A stretch of 46,815 bases of DNA, the filler included, from Catajapyx aquilonaris (taxonomy: Eukaryota), in NCBI GenBank assembly GCA_000934665.2. It is 2 parts of 2 records of this genome, joined end to end, with 100 filler letters (N's around TTAATTAATTAA, not from the genome) between each part and the next. Parts side by side here need not be neighbours in the genome. Positions count along the whole stretch, not along the records: positions 1 to 23,359 come from JYFJ02005696.1; positions 23,460 to 46,815 come from JYFJ02005697.1. One strand, 5' to 3'. Positions 11,481 through 24,949 of this stretch are shown piece by piece; position 1 is the first letter of the stretch; each line of letters starts with the position of its first letter. The translations under genes and the position numbers were made by a program. The notes below the pieces were generated by a model. It was not told the DNA's origin. It searched no databases and worked only from the letters and a program-made list of their open reading frames with translations.

Positions 11481-12695
11481 ATAATGTTGATGAAGCCTGA
11501 ATGACTTGTAAAGGAATTTTGTACTCTTGGTTGCACTGTTCTACTTAAAACAAATATCATGTTACATTTTTCTTTTTTCCACTATTTGTGTATTTAATTG
11601 AAGTAAGGTGGTTGTACCGGTTATGGCCTGTCACGTGTGACATTTGACCTGCTGCTTGTCTCACGGACTGGTGTGGTATTGGACTACTTTGTCGTTTGGA
11701 TTATTTTTTTTTGTCCTGGCCTTGCAGGGTCAGTGTGTGGCTGTTTTCCAGCGGAGCGTGATGTGCTCTTGAGACGCTGGTGCCACATTAAGGGTGTGTT
11801 GCTTCATGGCATGGTAAAATTGTACATGTCCGTGAATTGCGACTCTTACGGTGTGAAGAAGATTACGCATCATAAATGTACGACTGAATTGGAAACGTCG
11901 TTCAAGCCTTACTGGTGATTTCGGCCTTGAAGGATTCGGAATAGGATCGTCGAGGATCAACCAGTTGTGAGGTACAGTTTGGTTTACCTGTGCGTGCATG
12001 CCTTTTCCTGTCTTTTCCACTTCGGTGATTGCCTTGTGAAATTGGGGCACGAAGTTGGAAGGGTGTGAGTGTGCTATTCCGTTTGGATGTTACCCATCCT
12101 CGGTAAAGTGTCACATTGTACGGACTCTCGCTTGTGAGTATAATTGGGAGGTTATTCAGGCTTGTTTAAATTGTAAGCTTGACCTTACCCTGCCGTCCGT
12201 TAACCCTTCCTTTATTTTTGTGAACATTACCATTTGGTGGACGTGGGTCAACTTGCCTGAATTGTTAATTGTGAGAATAAATTGTCCTTCTCATGAGAGC
12301 ACTCTTAGTATGTTCCTTTCTCTGCTTAATAAATGAGGCTGTTTGATACCCTCTTGGATTTACCTTCGTGACATGGCCATGCTAAGGTTTGAGAATTTAT
12401 TTAGCCGCCTTTTTGAAAAAAAAAAATCATTTTTTTTTTTTTTTGTAATCGTTCCCAGGTTAATGGACTGTCATAACAATAAATTTAATTCCCCATGAAA
12501 ATAGTTTTACTGGTCCAAAAAAACGGAATTCCAAAAGTCGACACAGTGGCCATATTATATGAGGAACATGTGCACATGATATGACCAGCCTTGTTCCATG
12601 TTATACAAATCGTGATTTTTACCAGTTTCATAGTACAGTTATGCTGAAATTAAATGATTTTGGTGTGAAATCAATAAACATGATACGAAATAATA

Positions 12696-13170
12696 GGCGT
12701 ATTCGGCAATTCAGATTATTCTGAGATGCGTCACGTGATATCTGAGTTCTTAGCCCTGCCCATGGCCCTGCCCCTCAGAAGATTATTGCCGAACGGCCGA
12801 ACTGAGAGACCCCCCTACCCGCCTGTGCTGCATCCCAGTGATATGCCAAATGTTCGGGTATTTCGGTGCCGTATTTCGGACGCTTGCGGGTAATGGTGCG
12901 GGTAAAATGAAAATGCCGGTAAAATCGGGTATTTTCAGGTCCTCTCGCGGGTTTTTTGGGCATTTTGCATTGGCAACACTGCTGCATCCATAACAATAAT
13001 TTGTTTGTTAATTGTTTCTCAGCAAGTAAGTCAGGTCAGGAGTACACTAAGTTCCTGAGCTTGGGAAGTCAGGTAGGGCGCATGCGCACTTACTTCAGGG
13101 GGCGTGGCACCTTATTTGCCGAACATCCAAACAGCCCAGGAAGTCAGATTCCTGAATTGCCGAATACGCC
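12696..13170. mobile_element. MITE (~475 bp)
   Basis: TIR GGCGTATTCGGCAATTCAG / CTGAATTGCCGAATACGCC, flanked by TA. Confidence 0.88.
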
Positions 13171-13686
13171 TAATATTTTTTGTTATTAATAATATATAAT
13201 ATAATATATTTAATAAGGATAAATGATAAATATAATCCTTGAATTAATTAATTTGTTCATCGATTTACTGAGTAGCTTGAATGTTTAATGATCCACAGAT
13301 TGGCTTATTAGCATTAGGATGGCTGATGGACAAAGACGCTTTGATCATCACCATGATACAAATCTAATTATTGTGCAAAATGCGGAAGTAAGATCTCTGG
13401 GTTACATTTATCCATAAGGTTGAAGATCTTACGCAGCCCAGTCTTGTTTCAGTAATTTCTATCCGTTACTTGGATCTTACTTTCCTTTTTTTTACAATTC
13501 CGTAGGGAATTAGTTTTTGTGATAATGCAAAAGTGGATTCAAAACAGGAATTGCCATTAAAAATGAGGTTGTTTGCAAAATTGACATTACAATTTCTTTC
13601 AAGGGGGGAAAAACCCCATTTGAAATCATTCCAGAGAAGAGACAAAAATTAGATTGTTAAAACAAATTACTGTTCGCAATTGGGAC

Positions 13687-13687
<1 letters not shown>

Positions 13688-13738
<51 letters not shown>

Positions 13739-14016
13739 TCTTACCCCGTTATCAGCCTTTTTCGGCTCTTTAGGGGGGAAGTTTCTTTTTGCCTGGAACT
13801 CTTTGCTTTTCATCTTTACTGTGCTCTTTGGGATAGGATAGGGACGGAAGGAAGCGGCTGTGGCCTATTAATTACGGAAGCAACTCCGGAATTTTCCTGG
13901 AAGGACCGTGGGAAACCACAAAAAACCACGGTCAGAGTTGCCGGCCCCGGGATTCGATCCCAGGACCTCCCGATTAGCAGTCGGACACCATATCCCCTAC
14001 TCCAAACTGCTTCGGT
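13688..14016 (-). mobile_element. tRNA-derived SINE with (ATT)n tail
   Basis: Minus strand has B-box GGGATCGAATCCC, a GGTTTT..GTGGTTTCCC...GGCCACAGCCGCTTCCTTCC core of the kind seen in insect SINEs, and a tail read as (AAT)n at 13688-13738. Confidence 0.8.
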
Positions 14017-14825
14017 CGGGACAAATAAAAATACATAATACTTGATATGGCCACATGGTGCAGTGCACTTGATGTGGCCATATCAGGAGCAGGTCAGCTT
14101 TTACGAAAATCGTTTGATTAGGAACAAATCGTAAAACATACGCCATCCACGGCAACACCAATCGAAAGAGCATTAAAAACTGAATCAGATTACGATGGTA
14201 TTCATGAAAAATGTATTTGAAAAACATGCATAAAACAAAGGAGACGTATACATGAGAAAAACAAGAAGAGGTTACACGAAAAACACAAATCAGGCAACTG
14301 AGGCCATATGGCTCAACCTGGGTGGATGGGAAATGATCAAGTGACACACTCTGGCTTCAACTGTCTGCTGATGCCATATAGCGGATTTCTTTGTTAGTTA
14401 ACTCACAATAGCGGGGTGGGCATATCAGGAACATGGCCATAACCGGTATACGACCACCTTATCTAATTATGCAGAGTTATGTTATGCAGAGACACCAATT
14501 GAATATGTCAGAACAACATACGTTACTAGAATTGCATTATTTTAATGTAGGGTAAAATGGAAGCTTACCTGTACCCCACAAACACACATGCCTCATCCTG
14601 TAGTTTCCTGCTGATACTTTGGCCATACTTGGTGTTACAGAATTGCTGAGTATTATTCTGACACCAATCCAATGTGCTGTAGCGACTGGCATCTTGAAAC
14701 GTGGGGCACCTGAAGTTAAATAATTGCCCCATTTAAATAAGCAGTGACTACAATCGTATATAAATCTGTGGCAGTAGTTACCAATATATTGACATCTTAA
14801 ATAGGAAACAAAATCATGTCGGCTA

Positions 14826-15080
14826 TATGAAGGGGTTAGTGCCATAACGTGCTAAGCCACACTTTTGTGTTTTTTGAGCTTGCACGTGTCTGAAAGTCCC
14901 ACCATTGTTCTTCACAAGTGGGCATCACGTAGTTAGAAAAATTCCCCATAGATCACGAGAAAATCACGAATAATGTTCCTTGTTTTGTATGGTTTGCCAT
15001 ATTAAGCCAAACTTTTGAAAGCCCATATCTCAGAATGAAGGTTTTGTGGCTTAGCACGTTATGGCACTAACCCATTCATA
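14826..15080. mobile_element. MITE (~255 bp)
   Basis: ~36-bp TIR TATGAAGGGGTTAGTGCCATAACGTGCTAAGCCACA / TGTGGCTTAGCACGTTATGGCACTAACCCATTCATA. Confidence 0.88.
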
Positions 15081-15138
15081 CGATAAGTTACATAATATTG
15101 TTTTCTGTGTAAGTTATAGCCATGGTTATAGCCTACTG

Positions 15139-15403
15139 CAGGCGTTCCCAACCTGGGTGTCACGACCCCCCAAGGGGGCCATGGAGCAGGTCCAGGGGGG
15201 CCGTGAGAGGCCGCGGTTATTTTTATAACTTAAAAAATAACTAAAATTTTAAAAATTTATAAAATAAATTTTATAGGAAATTTTATCACGACGGTTTTTT
15301 TCAACATCTACTAACACTCGGGGAGGGGGGAGGGGGAGGGGGTCGCAGGTTGCTTGACTATCATAAAACGGGGTCGCTACCCGAAAAAGGTTGGGAACCC
15401 CTG
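15139..15403. mobile_element. hAT (Charlie/Buster-type) MITE
   Basis: TIR CAGGCGTTCCCAACCT / AGGTTGGGAACCCCTG; perfect 8-bp TSD GCCTACTG (15131-15138 / 15404-15411). Confidence 0.95.
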
Positions 15404-17084
15404 GCCTACTGTATTCTGGGGGGAAATGACCCCGCCCTTTTTCAAAAGGTGTAGTTGATCTTTCCAAATATTAAGTCCATTCTATACGATGAAGAAATTT
15501 AATGATTTTGCCTTATCATTACAAAGTTACATTATTATCTTATATATGTCAAAAACGTTTCCAAGGGAAGATAATGATTAGAAACATTTGGTTACCTGGT
15601 TTTGCGAAGTCGTGGATATGTGCAGATATCTTTCCATGGATGAGTGTCGCCACTGAACATGGAGTCCTGTTGGCATGGTGTTAGATATTTTGTTGGGTCA
15701 TAGCAGGGGCAATCTCGTTGGCCATAAACTCTTGCATACATTTGCTATTAACATTGAAGAAAAACATTAGCTTATCAGTCCACTTAGACTGTTATTAGCA
15801 CTGCAAACTACCGTACAATTAGCATCACACATAAAACCTTGGAGGGGAAGGGGGAGGTAGGCCCACACCGCTGCCATGTTCGGAAGGCAAAGAAGAGATG
15901 TTTACGAAACTTTCACTGTGTAATTTTATTAGATAAAATAAATTCGAGTGCAGTTGCACCAAAAATTATGGGACCTTCTGTTCTACTACAGTGGCAGCGT
16001 AAAGGGTGTTTAAGATCACACACAACATATCCCTTTTGTGTTATATACAATAGTTACCCCGTGCTCCAAAATAGTCGCTGCTGGACGTTTAATTTATATT
16101 TACACACTACTGGGTGTTACGAAGTAATATTTATTTATTCACTCCTGTGCCAACATATTGAAGTAAATTTTTGACCAGTGCACCTAATTATTTTATGATT
16201 ATAAGTTATATAGTTGGTTGCTCGGCACACTCCTCGTGACTAAGGTAATCACAAGTTTTATCAACAGCTAGTACAGTTGTAGTAGTAGGCCTATGAACAC
16301 CCTTATTATGCTCCTCCTCGCAGTGCCTGTATGCTTTCGGCGCTCTGATTTTCAATGCCATTGGCTATATATGGCACCTGATAGACCCGCAGTGTAAAGT
16401 AAAACTGATACTGCTGTGACCTAGGCAGGCTTCTTTTGAGGGTTCCTATTTGCCAGGAGATTCTGCGTCTTGTGCGTGAAGTACTGCAGAGTAACCTTTC
16501 TGTGTATCGACGCAGAGCCGACCAAGTAACACCCTCTGAACATCTCAATCTAAAATTTAACATTTTCCAGTGACTATTCCAGCATTAATTAGTAGATCGA
16601 TTGGAATTTTTCACCTCTCTTATTAGCGCAATCTGTTTAGGATGTTTCATTTTTGGTCACAGAATACACAGCACGTACACAGGGTGGTGGGAATTGTGCT
16701 AATTTTCTCTTGGATGTAGGTTTATTGCGAATTTCAGAGACGAAAAAACGCTAGCTGATTCTGGCGGCTTCGGCTTCAGCATGTAAGATAATAGCTGGGT
16801 ACTACATTGCAATTCACACTGGTGATTGGTGATGGGGCTCATCCTGCCGACCAGTTGGCCCATGTGGCAGTTGTGGTTGGGGGGTTGCCTGGCTCGCAGG
16901 ATGAGCCCTTTCAGCAGGGTTCATTTCGATTCGATACTAAACAAGGCGTTTGACAAAATCAAATAGGATAATTTCGTCTTTGAAATTCGGAAGTGACAGA
17001 AATGTGAGAGGAGGTACGGATTTTTGGGGAGGGGACCCAGGTGCAAGTGCAATGTCGGAAATGGATCATGTGCAGTCCCCCAGA

Positions 17085-17199
17085 AGGCTAGGTTGCCAAG
17101 ACAGCGCGTGCCCCCACTGACGCAGGCGGAAGGATCGAACCCAGGACCTTCCGCACAGCAAGCCGAGACGTTACCATCTCGGCCACCACGCCTTCCCCG
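17085..17199 (-). mobile_element. tRNA-derived SINE head, next to an (AAT)n tract (17207-17262)
   Basis: Minus strand GGGGAAGGCGTGGTGGCCGAGATGGTAACG...GGGTTCGATCC; same family as 32090-32228. Confidence 0.75.
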
Positions 17200-17206
17200 A
17201 CTCCGC

Positions 17207-17262
<56 letters not shown>

Positions 17263-17361
17263 GTGATGATAATCATCCAGTCATATGCCTCTGGTATCTT
17301 TTAAACCAGTACAGATTTCGGATTTTTAAACGCGAAGTCATGGTTAACACAAAAATGAGAG

Positions 17362-17417
17362 GGGAGTTAACCCCCTATTCGTATATACATGTATATACGA
17401 ATAGGGGGTTAACTCCC
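17362..17417. repeat. Perfect 56-bp palindrome
   Basis: GGGAGTTAACCCCCTATTCGTATATACA|TGTATATACGAATAGGGGGTTAACTCCC. Confidence 0.95.
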
Positions 17418-18256
17418 GTCTCAGTTTAACCCCTCTCTTTGGGGGTAGAGCTAGACCGGAGTCATTTTTAAATTGTCCATTTAAATCATCTTGTCTTACA
17501 GGTGTGTGACACGAAATGATTTCTACACCATTTTCTTAATTTTGATCGTCTATGTCACCGGGAGGGTAGTCAGAATATTCATTATAATTCAGATTGGTGC
17601 CCTGACGGAAATTTATCAGTTTTACATCATTTTTAAAAAAGGCAAAAGTTCAGAAATCAAGTAGAGCATGTTCAGTTGTTCACTTTGTATTTTTTGACGT
17701 CCATGGAGCGGGAATTTCGAAATATCAAGTATTCTCTAGTGAGATAGCCTTACTTACATTGTACTGACGGTGCATCTTCACTGCTACTTAGTGAGGGAGA
17801 TTTATATGGGGGAGACTCGAAATATTCTGCTTCTATCTGCAAGAGGAAATGAGTTGTTGTTTTGGTGTGGGTTACTAGGTTACCTGATAACAGTAGCAAA
17901 ACAGTGAAAAGTGAACTCATTATTGTTTATTTGTTATAGTACTCGTATGCCAAACAAAATATGAATTGAGGACATCAATGGCAAAAAAGTAATTGAAAAA
18001 CATCCCCCCACCCCCCGACACGCATAGGTAATCGTTATCAGATCTACATTCCCAACTACTGTAGTCACTAACACTTCGTAAAGGCTATAAGATCTTATAT
18101 ATTCAGAGGTGCTCTGTCATCTCGAGTAACATATCCGTGTAATAATTGACTTAAAGGACCGAATAAAAGACGTATAATGCACAAGAACTCGTACTTTTAA
18201 TTAGCGCATTGGCATCCCATTGTTTCTAATATTTGTGAATTTTCAAAGCGTCAAAC

Positions 18257-21200
18257 TTAGCAGTTCATTACAACATTAACCAAATCCTCGTAATTGATGT
18301 TTCCCTCGGAGTCTTCCTGATCCTGCATGAGCTGTTCCACTTCTTCCTCAGTCATCCTTTCACCTGGAAGTATTTAAAAAAAAAAATTGACAGATCTTGA
18401 TTGTAAATTTTTCCCCAGGACTTCCATTGAAATCCAAAAAAATTACATCACATAATAGGCTGCATTTCGTAATGATTTATCACATGTGGAATAATTTCTG
18501 CATCATCATGCCAATATTATTGCGCGAAACCTGTAATATCATGAGCAAGTCTCCTGCAGTGTACAAGAGATATCTCTTCTTCCTTCCGCCTGCGGTTGTC
18601 GCCACAGGAAGAGCAAACTTATAAGAAACACTACTTATAGTTTACAAGGTCAGCTGCATTTCCTGTTGCAATATTGTACTTCCAAAGTCCACGTGCTGTC
18701 TGACTACACTAATGTACGAACATGAAGCTGAGACAATTTATAGACCGTCCAGGAAAAGACTGCATGGTTTTCTGGGGTTTTGAAGTCGACTTGCCAGATG
18801 CAAAAGGAACACGGAATACCCCACATCCACGTTGAAAAAAAATGTCACCACCTGGCTACTCTACTTATCTCCATGGTAAACATAGGGACTGGGGAGGTGG
18901 GGGGGGAGGGAGCTGAAAAGTTGGAAAACCCCACCTAATCCCCGCAGCCGCCTTTTCCAGTTATACATCTGAATAGTTTCATATCAGAGCAATATCAGTC
19001 CTGGCTCTGATATGCCACAATATTAATGATAACATCGTACATAACACAGCAGAAAGTTGGTGTAACAGAATATCACATGTACTCAACTTTCACTTGCTAC
19101 ACTTTATCCCAAACTTGTGCAATTAAAAAAACTTCATGGAATTTATTAAATTTCATAGTTACGACAATAACAAATCAGCTACATTATAATATAACGAGAC
19201 TGATGCACAATGTATTTATTTCCTCTATCAATAAAGGATCATTCAAGATTTGGATTGCAAACTTTCCTTATTTTTACAATAATTCAGCTCAACGTATAAT
19301 TAGCTAGATATGTACTTCAATATGCAATCATAAAACTTCACACCCTCATATCTCAAAATGACTAAAATGTTATAATGACTCCTACTTTGCATATTTTTAA
19401 TTCAGTGCCACGAGGAGCAGTTATTGAGAACTTCAGCCACGCAGCCAGAGTAACTGATATCTTTCTTAACGTAATTGTATTGAAGGAATCATTCTGGTGC
19501 AACTGATTCAGTTGCTCAACTGAGCCTGTTACCTTTAGTAGTCAGAAGGTAACGAAATTCGGAGGAAGAAATGTATCCGTTGCCATCCTTGTCGAAATGG
19601 CGAAGAAACTCAACAAATTCGTCAGGGCCAATTTTCTTTTGATTCTTGCAGATGTTCATCAATATCGGCAGGAACACGTCAAATGTGATGCGTCCGTCTG
19701 AAACTCCTCATATAATCATAAATGCATTTTTTAAAAATAAATAGTCTTTTACACCTGTCCTGTTGTACAAGTAGTACAGACATTATTTGTGAAGGCACTA
19801 TAACATGTACCTGATGGCTGGATGTGATCAGTTAATTTCTTGATTTGGGCATCGGTTGGGTTTTGTCCAAGTGCTCTCAACAACTCTCCGACGTGCTTCA
19901 ATGGAATTGTACCGTCTCCTTGGTCGTCAAAAAGGTTAAATGCTTCACGTGTTTCTGTATCATACAACACTGTAAAAACAATATCATAGTATCAATATTT
20001 TACAAACTGATATATTAAGGACTATAAGGAGATAATTTCGTAATTTGTGGACTAAACCAGATTGTGATGAGTTTTGAGGAAATTAATGCAGTGAAACGGA
20101 CCCCTATTACGAATATATAATTAAAGGTATCACAACAGGGATTGTAATATTTAAAATACTAAAATATTTTGTGCAGAGATTTACAAGAGCAGAATTTGGG
20201 TATACTACATACAGGACTATCATTTGACCGGAAATAAAGCGTTAAATTACAAGTAGTTTGGTATTTCTCTCGGAGGAGTGATTGAAAAGTCAATCATAAT
20301 ACGCATCATGCGATTTTAAAAAAATGCACCAGTAATAAGGACTTACTGCTAGACAGCACGATTAGTTATGATTGTGATATTGTTCGACATTACATAATTA
20401 TTATATCCGACCCGTTTAATTTGCTTGCTCTTGATGGAAGGCACGCACTATGGAAGCTTAGTCATTATTACCACCCAATATTATCTGGCCACCCCCACCC
20501 CAAGCCCTATATTGTGGGGACCATGTGTGTGGTTCCAGCATTTATCCTCTTTTGGAAATTGTCCCTGTTCTTGTGCGCCATCTGCTGGTGGCTGTAATAC
20601 TGTATAAAAGGAAGGGGGCTTCGGCCCTCGAAAGACTCTCTCCTGTATCACTCCTGCAATATACACTGATTTACCTCCTACCGGTCTCTTATTCCACGCC
20701 CTGCGAGCTAGCTAGGTCAGGGGTCAGGTTAAGGGTCCTCACAATATGATAAGGATATATCCCCTCAAATTCTCAATGCAGAAATAAACAGGTCCGATGC
20801 AATGCAGTGCAATTTTACCATCCGTTACTAATAATTTGGGAGTTCAAAATAAAATGTAATTGGCTTAATTAATTGTAAAATAATACGAAAATAATCACAG
20901 CGTGTCTCTGAAACAGGTAGCTATATCCGAAGACCCAACTCGAATAATAGAGGATTTAAATAAGAAGTATGAATATATGGCATTCAACGGCATTATGATC
21001 ACATACAAGTAGGCCTATTGCTGCCATGTGACTATAATTTATTGCGAATGAGAAACAACTTTGAGTTTCGTGAAAGCAATTAGGAAAAATCCTTCATTAA
21101 GCATTATGAGCTTACATCCGCGGAGGCTTAATTTGAGTGGAAACAACAAAGGCCTTAAATCGAATAGTCCTATAGGCCTAATATACAAGTAAACGCATCA

Positions 21201-21840
21201 CTCCTGATCACATTTGCTCTTTTTCACCTGCAGAAATGATGTTGCGTTGTATGTTTACTTTTATTAGCACTTGACAATTTATGAGGTTTTTAGCATGTTT
21301 CGTCAAGTTTCTGAGCGTGTGCTTTACAGTTTACACCGTAACTTGTCCTTCAACCGATACTCTTCTCGCGGAAAAACTCAAGTCACTTTTAATTTTCTAC
21401 GAATAACAAAATGACCCTATCGCAGCTCCACCCTGCTCCCCATTACAACGTGAGAACAGGTGTACTCTGTACCGCACAGTATCACCCGTGTTACCACCTG
21501 CTCAAGGTAATGAATAATAAATTATGGCAATGCCAGCAAGCTAAAGTGCATAACAAAATCACATGCCACGTAAACTCATACAGTGAAATATACGTGGTGT
21601 GTGTTTCGCGACTCTTATCAGTTGATATTTTTAGCTACCCATTGACATATAACAAAAGCATGCTGTCATTCATTGATACGGGGCATATCTTGTAGTATCA
21701 GCACGAAGTTCCGTACTTACCTGAACTCCGGTCTTCGGAAGTCTTGTTGGACGCATCCTGCAAACGACACGAAAATGGATCATTGAAACGAGTGTGTTGT
21801 AAGTCGCACCCAAGAAAAAGAAAGGCCGTAAACTGACCAT
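18257..21840 (-). CDS. Mlc-c: Essential myosin light chain, non-muscle type (Mlc-c/MYL6-like EF-hand protein), 151 aa; exons 21840-21838, 21757-21721, 19954-19811, 19697-19533, 18363-18257
   Basis: Spliced product MDASNKTSEDRSSETREAFNLFDDQGDGTIPLKHVGELLRALGQNPTDAQIKK...ITFDVFLPIL...[37 protein letters not shown]...GNINYEDLVNVVMNC*. All introns GT-AG; ATG-only first coding exon; 456 nt total. The symbol denotes family, not proven orthology. Confidence 0.9.
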
Positions 21841-22905
21841 GATGTCTAACTGGAATAATAACGGCCGCAAAAAGGATATGATCTGCACAGTCCCAATTCC
21901 AGTACTCCACTGCACTGACTCACGTCTGTCAGCACCAGGCAGATAAGCTTGCGGGTATATTAGCAACTTTGAGTGACTGGCGGTTGCAACATGAAACTGC
22001 GCGTTTCATTGGACCTAAGTATAATAACACTGCTAAATTTAAATAAAAACGACGTTATATAATACAAATAGCGCATTTCGTACGCAACAAGCATTAATTC
22101 GAAATAATTACCGACAGAGGGGTGCTTTCCATTTGTCAAATGGCGTTAACTATAAGTTACATATTGCAATCCTCTACACTACCTACCGACGCTATACCTA
22201 TAGTGTACAGACATTGCAGCAGCTCGCTCCGAAAGCACAATGGCAATAATAACTGTAGGAAGTTGAAAAATACTGTACTGCCCATATAAAGAAACCTACT
22301 GGATAAGGATTCCAAAAAAATGCTGCCAGATTTGTGCTAAGATCATATTTTCGCACTCTAAAATGACATTAATTAAGAAAATAAGTAGTCATGACCTTGA
22401 AACTTTCAACGCTAATACCCAAAACGGCTATACCCAAATTTTAATGCAATTGCGCCACAGGAAAGGTCTTGAAGTCTACTTTCAGGAGGTGTAAAATTTT
22501 GTTCGTGAATTTTGGGTTTTCACATAGATAATGGTATAATATTAACAAGGTGTCAAGGTCAAGGTTAGTGAGGTGTCTGAGGAGTACCAGGGAGTACCAC
22601 TCCCAGGTGTACACCGGAGTACCGAAGTGATTACCCTCTTGGTTGAACCTGTAGTACATTGATCCTCTCTGTTGAGGCTGAAAAACAAACGCCTCAGGTC
22701 TTACCAAGGTTAGCCACATTCTCCCGTAATATTCATTTACAGTTTTCGAATACGAGCCAATTTCTTACAAATGGAACTGGGGGCTAAAGGATCAAGCTTG
22801 AGAGCTCACCCTATTCCTCACTTTTCCAGACAAATGGCTTCCCAGTTCCCACTAGATGTCTGGAGAGAAGCAAAAACCTAGCCCATTTTAAAATTCATGC
22901 ACATG

Positions 22906-23201
22906 TATGAGGCGGCATGGTGGTCTAGCGGTTACGCCGCTGGCCAGCCAAGCGGGAGGCCAGGGTTCAAATCCCGTCCCCGTCACCTCTGCTTGGCCGG
23001 GTCTTTTTCCGCTTTTCACCCGACATGCCAGGGCAGAATTGCACTCCCTACTCTGCCCGGGGCCAGCAGAAAAGGTCTGGTGTATTTCACAAAGTCAGAA
23101 ATGACTAAAAATTACAGCGCCCTCCCTTGGGAACCTCCCCTTCCCCCCTAAGAGAGCCACGAGCTCCATCACGGGGTAAAAAAAAAAACAAAAAAAAAAC
23201 C
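22906..23201 (+). mobile_element. tRNA-derived SINE with A-rich tail
   Basis: A-box GGTGGTCTAGCGG, B-box GGTTCAAATCC, A tail, 14-bp TSD AATTCATGCACATG (22892-22905 / 23202-23215). Confidence 0.92.
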
Positions 23202-23359
23202 AATTCATGCACATGCTGTTTGTACCAGCCCCCAGCAACTCCTACCATACAGTAGGGTACTTACAAGGGAAGTGTCTGTAGGGCCATCGGCCAATCGGCC
23301 CGAAAATGACACTAGGGGTAAATCGCAGGCCAGAAATTCATTGGTGAAAGTAAAAAGTC

Positions 23360-23459
23360 NNNNNNNNNNNNNNNNNNNNNNNNNNNNNNNNNNNNNNNNN
23401 NNNTTAATTAATTAANNNNNNNNNNNNNNNNNNNNNNNNNNNNNNNNNNNNNNNNNNNN
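23360..23459. other. Scaffold gap with artificial stop-codon linker
   Basis: 44 N + TTAATTAATTAA + 44 N = 100 bp. Confidence 0.97.
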
Positions 23460-24949
23460 AGGCACTGACCTATGGTGTATTTCAAAAATACTGAGGGATG
23501 TTGGCTGTGAGGTCTGTACATGACTATATCGCACTGGGCTCTGTCTGCACCGCTCATGTGAAGCTGAGCCGACTATATATACGAGTAGTAGAACACCTGG
23601 CATTGCCTGGATGAAAAAGATTTCACTTGGTAGTCACCTGACAGCTGGGGGAAAAATTTCTCGGATGCCCTTGTAGCCCAAATCCATTGCAATTATGATG
23701 TTTCTCATTAATAACTAACCCTGGTGTACACTACCTGACTGGGAATTTTTACAGGGCTCCATATCTATATGCATTGGTGACAAGCAAACAGACTTCATGA
23801 TTATGTTTTCGATACTCACATTTCTCCTCCTCATGCCCCCTTGCACCAGCATCTTCATCCTCTTCTGCACTGGCCAGAAACTTCACCTTCGTTACATCCT
23901 TCAGGCAGTCCTAATTGCTGCCCTTTCCCCTGGGCTATAAGGCTTCGCACAATGTCATGGACAACAGCTTCATCTGAAATTGCATATAGTATTTTTATGC
24001 ACCCTCAGTGTGACCACTGCGTTTCTGTTTCATGTGGTTTTCCGGCCAAAACAATGCATTCATTGATGCTTCAGGGGTCAGTTGCAGGTCACCCATTGCC
24101 TTCCTACCTAGTCATTCCCCTGTGAATAATTTACATTCTGAGTGACGGGGATCGCGAATTTGACACATTTCATGTACCAGGCTACAGACTTATTTGCAAG
24201 GGCTGGCAGTGTCCATCAGGCCAGTGCCGGAAATATTATCATCGGCTCTGCCGAGAAGTACACCAGTAATGCGCACTTAACCGTCCAACATCCTTGCATG
24301 CAGGGCTGCGTCCACTGCTAGCGTGAAGGAACGCCCTAGGTACCCAAGCTTCACATGCTCATAGTGAGTCGCCATGCTGGGAGTCGCCGTGTTGGATTTT
24401 CTGTTGGATCGAACGGACGAACTATATCCCTCGGCCGGTGCAAGCGGTTCCCTACCGGTGACGTCATGTCACCCGAACCAAACAGGTCACCAAAGCAATC
24501 CTACGAAAGGCTGTCGCTCCCCTCAACAACAGGCCCAGAAGCGCGTAGGTCAGCGACAGTAGGGGAAGGTGGGGCAAAGCGGAACGGTTCAGGGATGTTT
24601 ATTTTTTCCCAATCAGATGAAAAACTTGATGGGATTGAATGTGCACAGCACAATACCTTCATGTCTCCTCTGTAATACCTGAAGTGATGAATTACAAAAG
24701 TCAATTACCGTAGGAGTTAGAACCTTATTTTTGAACCCCCACCAACCCGTTTCACAGGTCCCGCTCAAAATGCAAAATGGCTGCCTGAGTCGCTGTAGTT
24801 TCAAAAAAGTGCTGCCATCAGGTAATTAATGTGCATCATTATGTGGACAATTAGATGTAGCAAGATCCAGGAGATGGCACACACCGCACGGATATTTACG
24901 CCTGTGTTTCGCTTTGCCCTCCGTTTCACTTTGCCCCATTTTCCCCTAA

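Larger units (their letters stand above)
11604..14461. mobile_element. Possible non-autonomous TIR element (~2.86 kb) containing a nested MITE and SINE
   Basis: TAAGGTGGTTGTACCGGTTATGGCC at 11604 is the near reverse complement of GGCCATAACCGGTATACGACCACCTTA ending 14461; recurring GGCCATAT motifs inside. Confidence 0.55.

Noticed and set aside
19533..19954. Calmodulin
   Set aside because: GQNPT is shared, but FDVFLPI and [14 protein letters not shown], and the degenerate EF loops, fit an essential myosin light chain.
22909..22985. tRNA genes here and at ~2935, ~13950, ~17120, ~32160
   Set aside because: A/B boxes are followed by SINE bodies, tails or TSDs, and I could not fold a convincing cloverleaf.
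23460..24900. Additional TE coding remnants here and at 26900-27300, 29600-30600, 32230-32900
   Set aside because: Too degenerate to assign by eye; excluded from the strand count.
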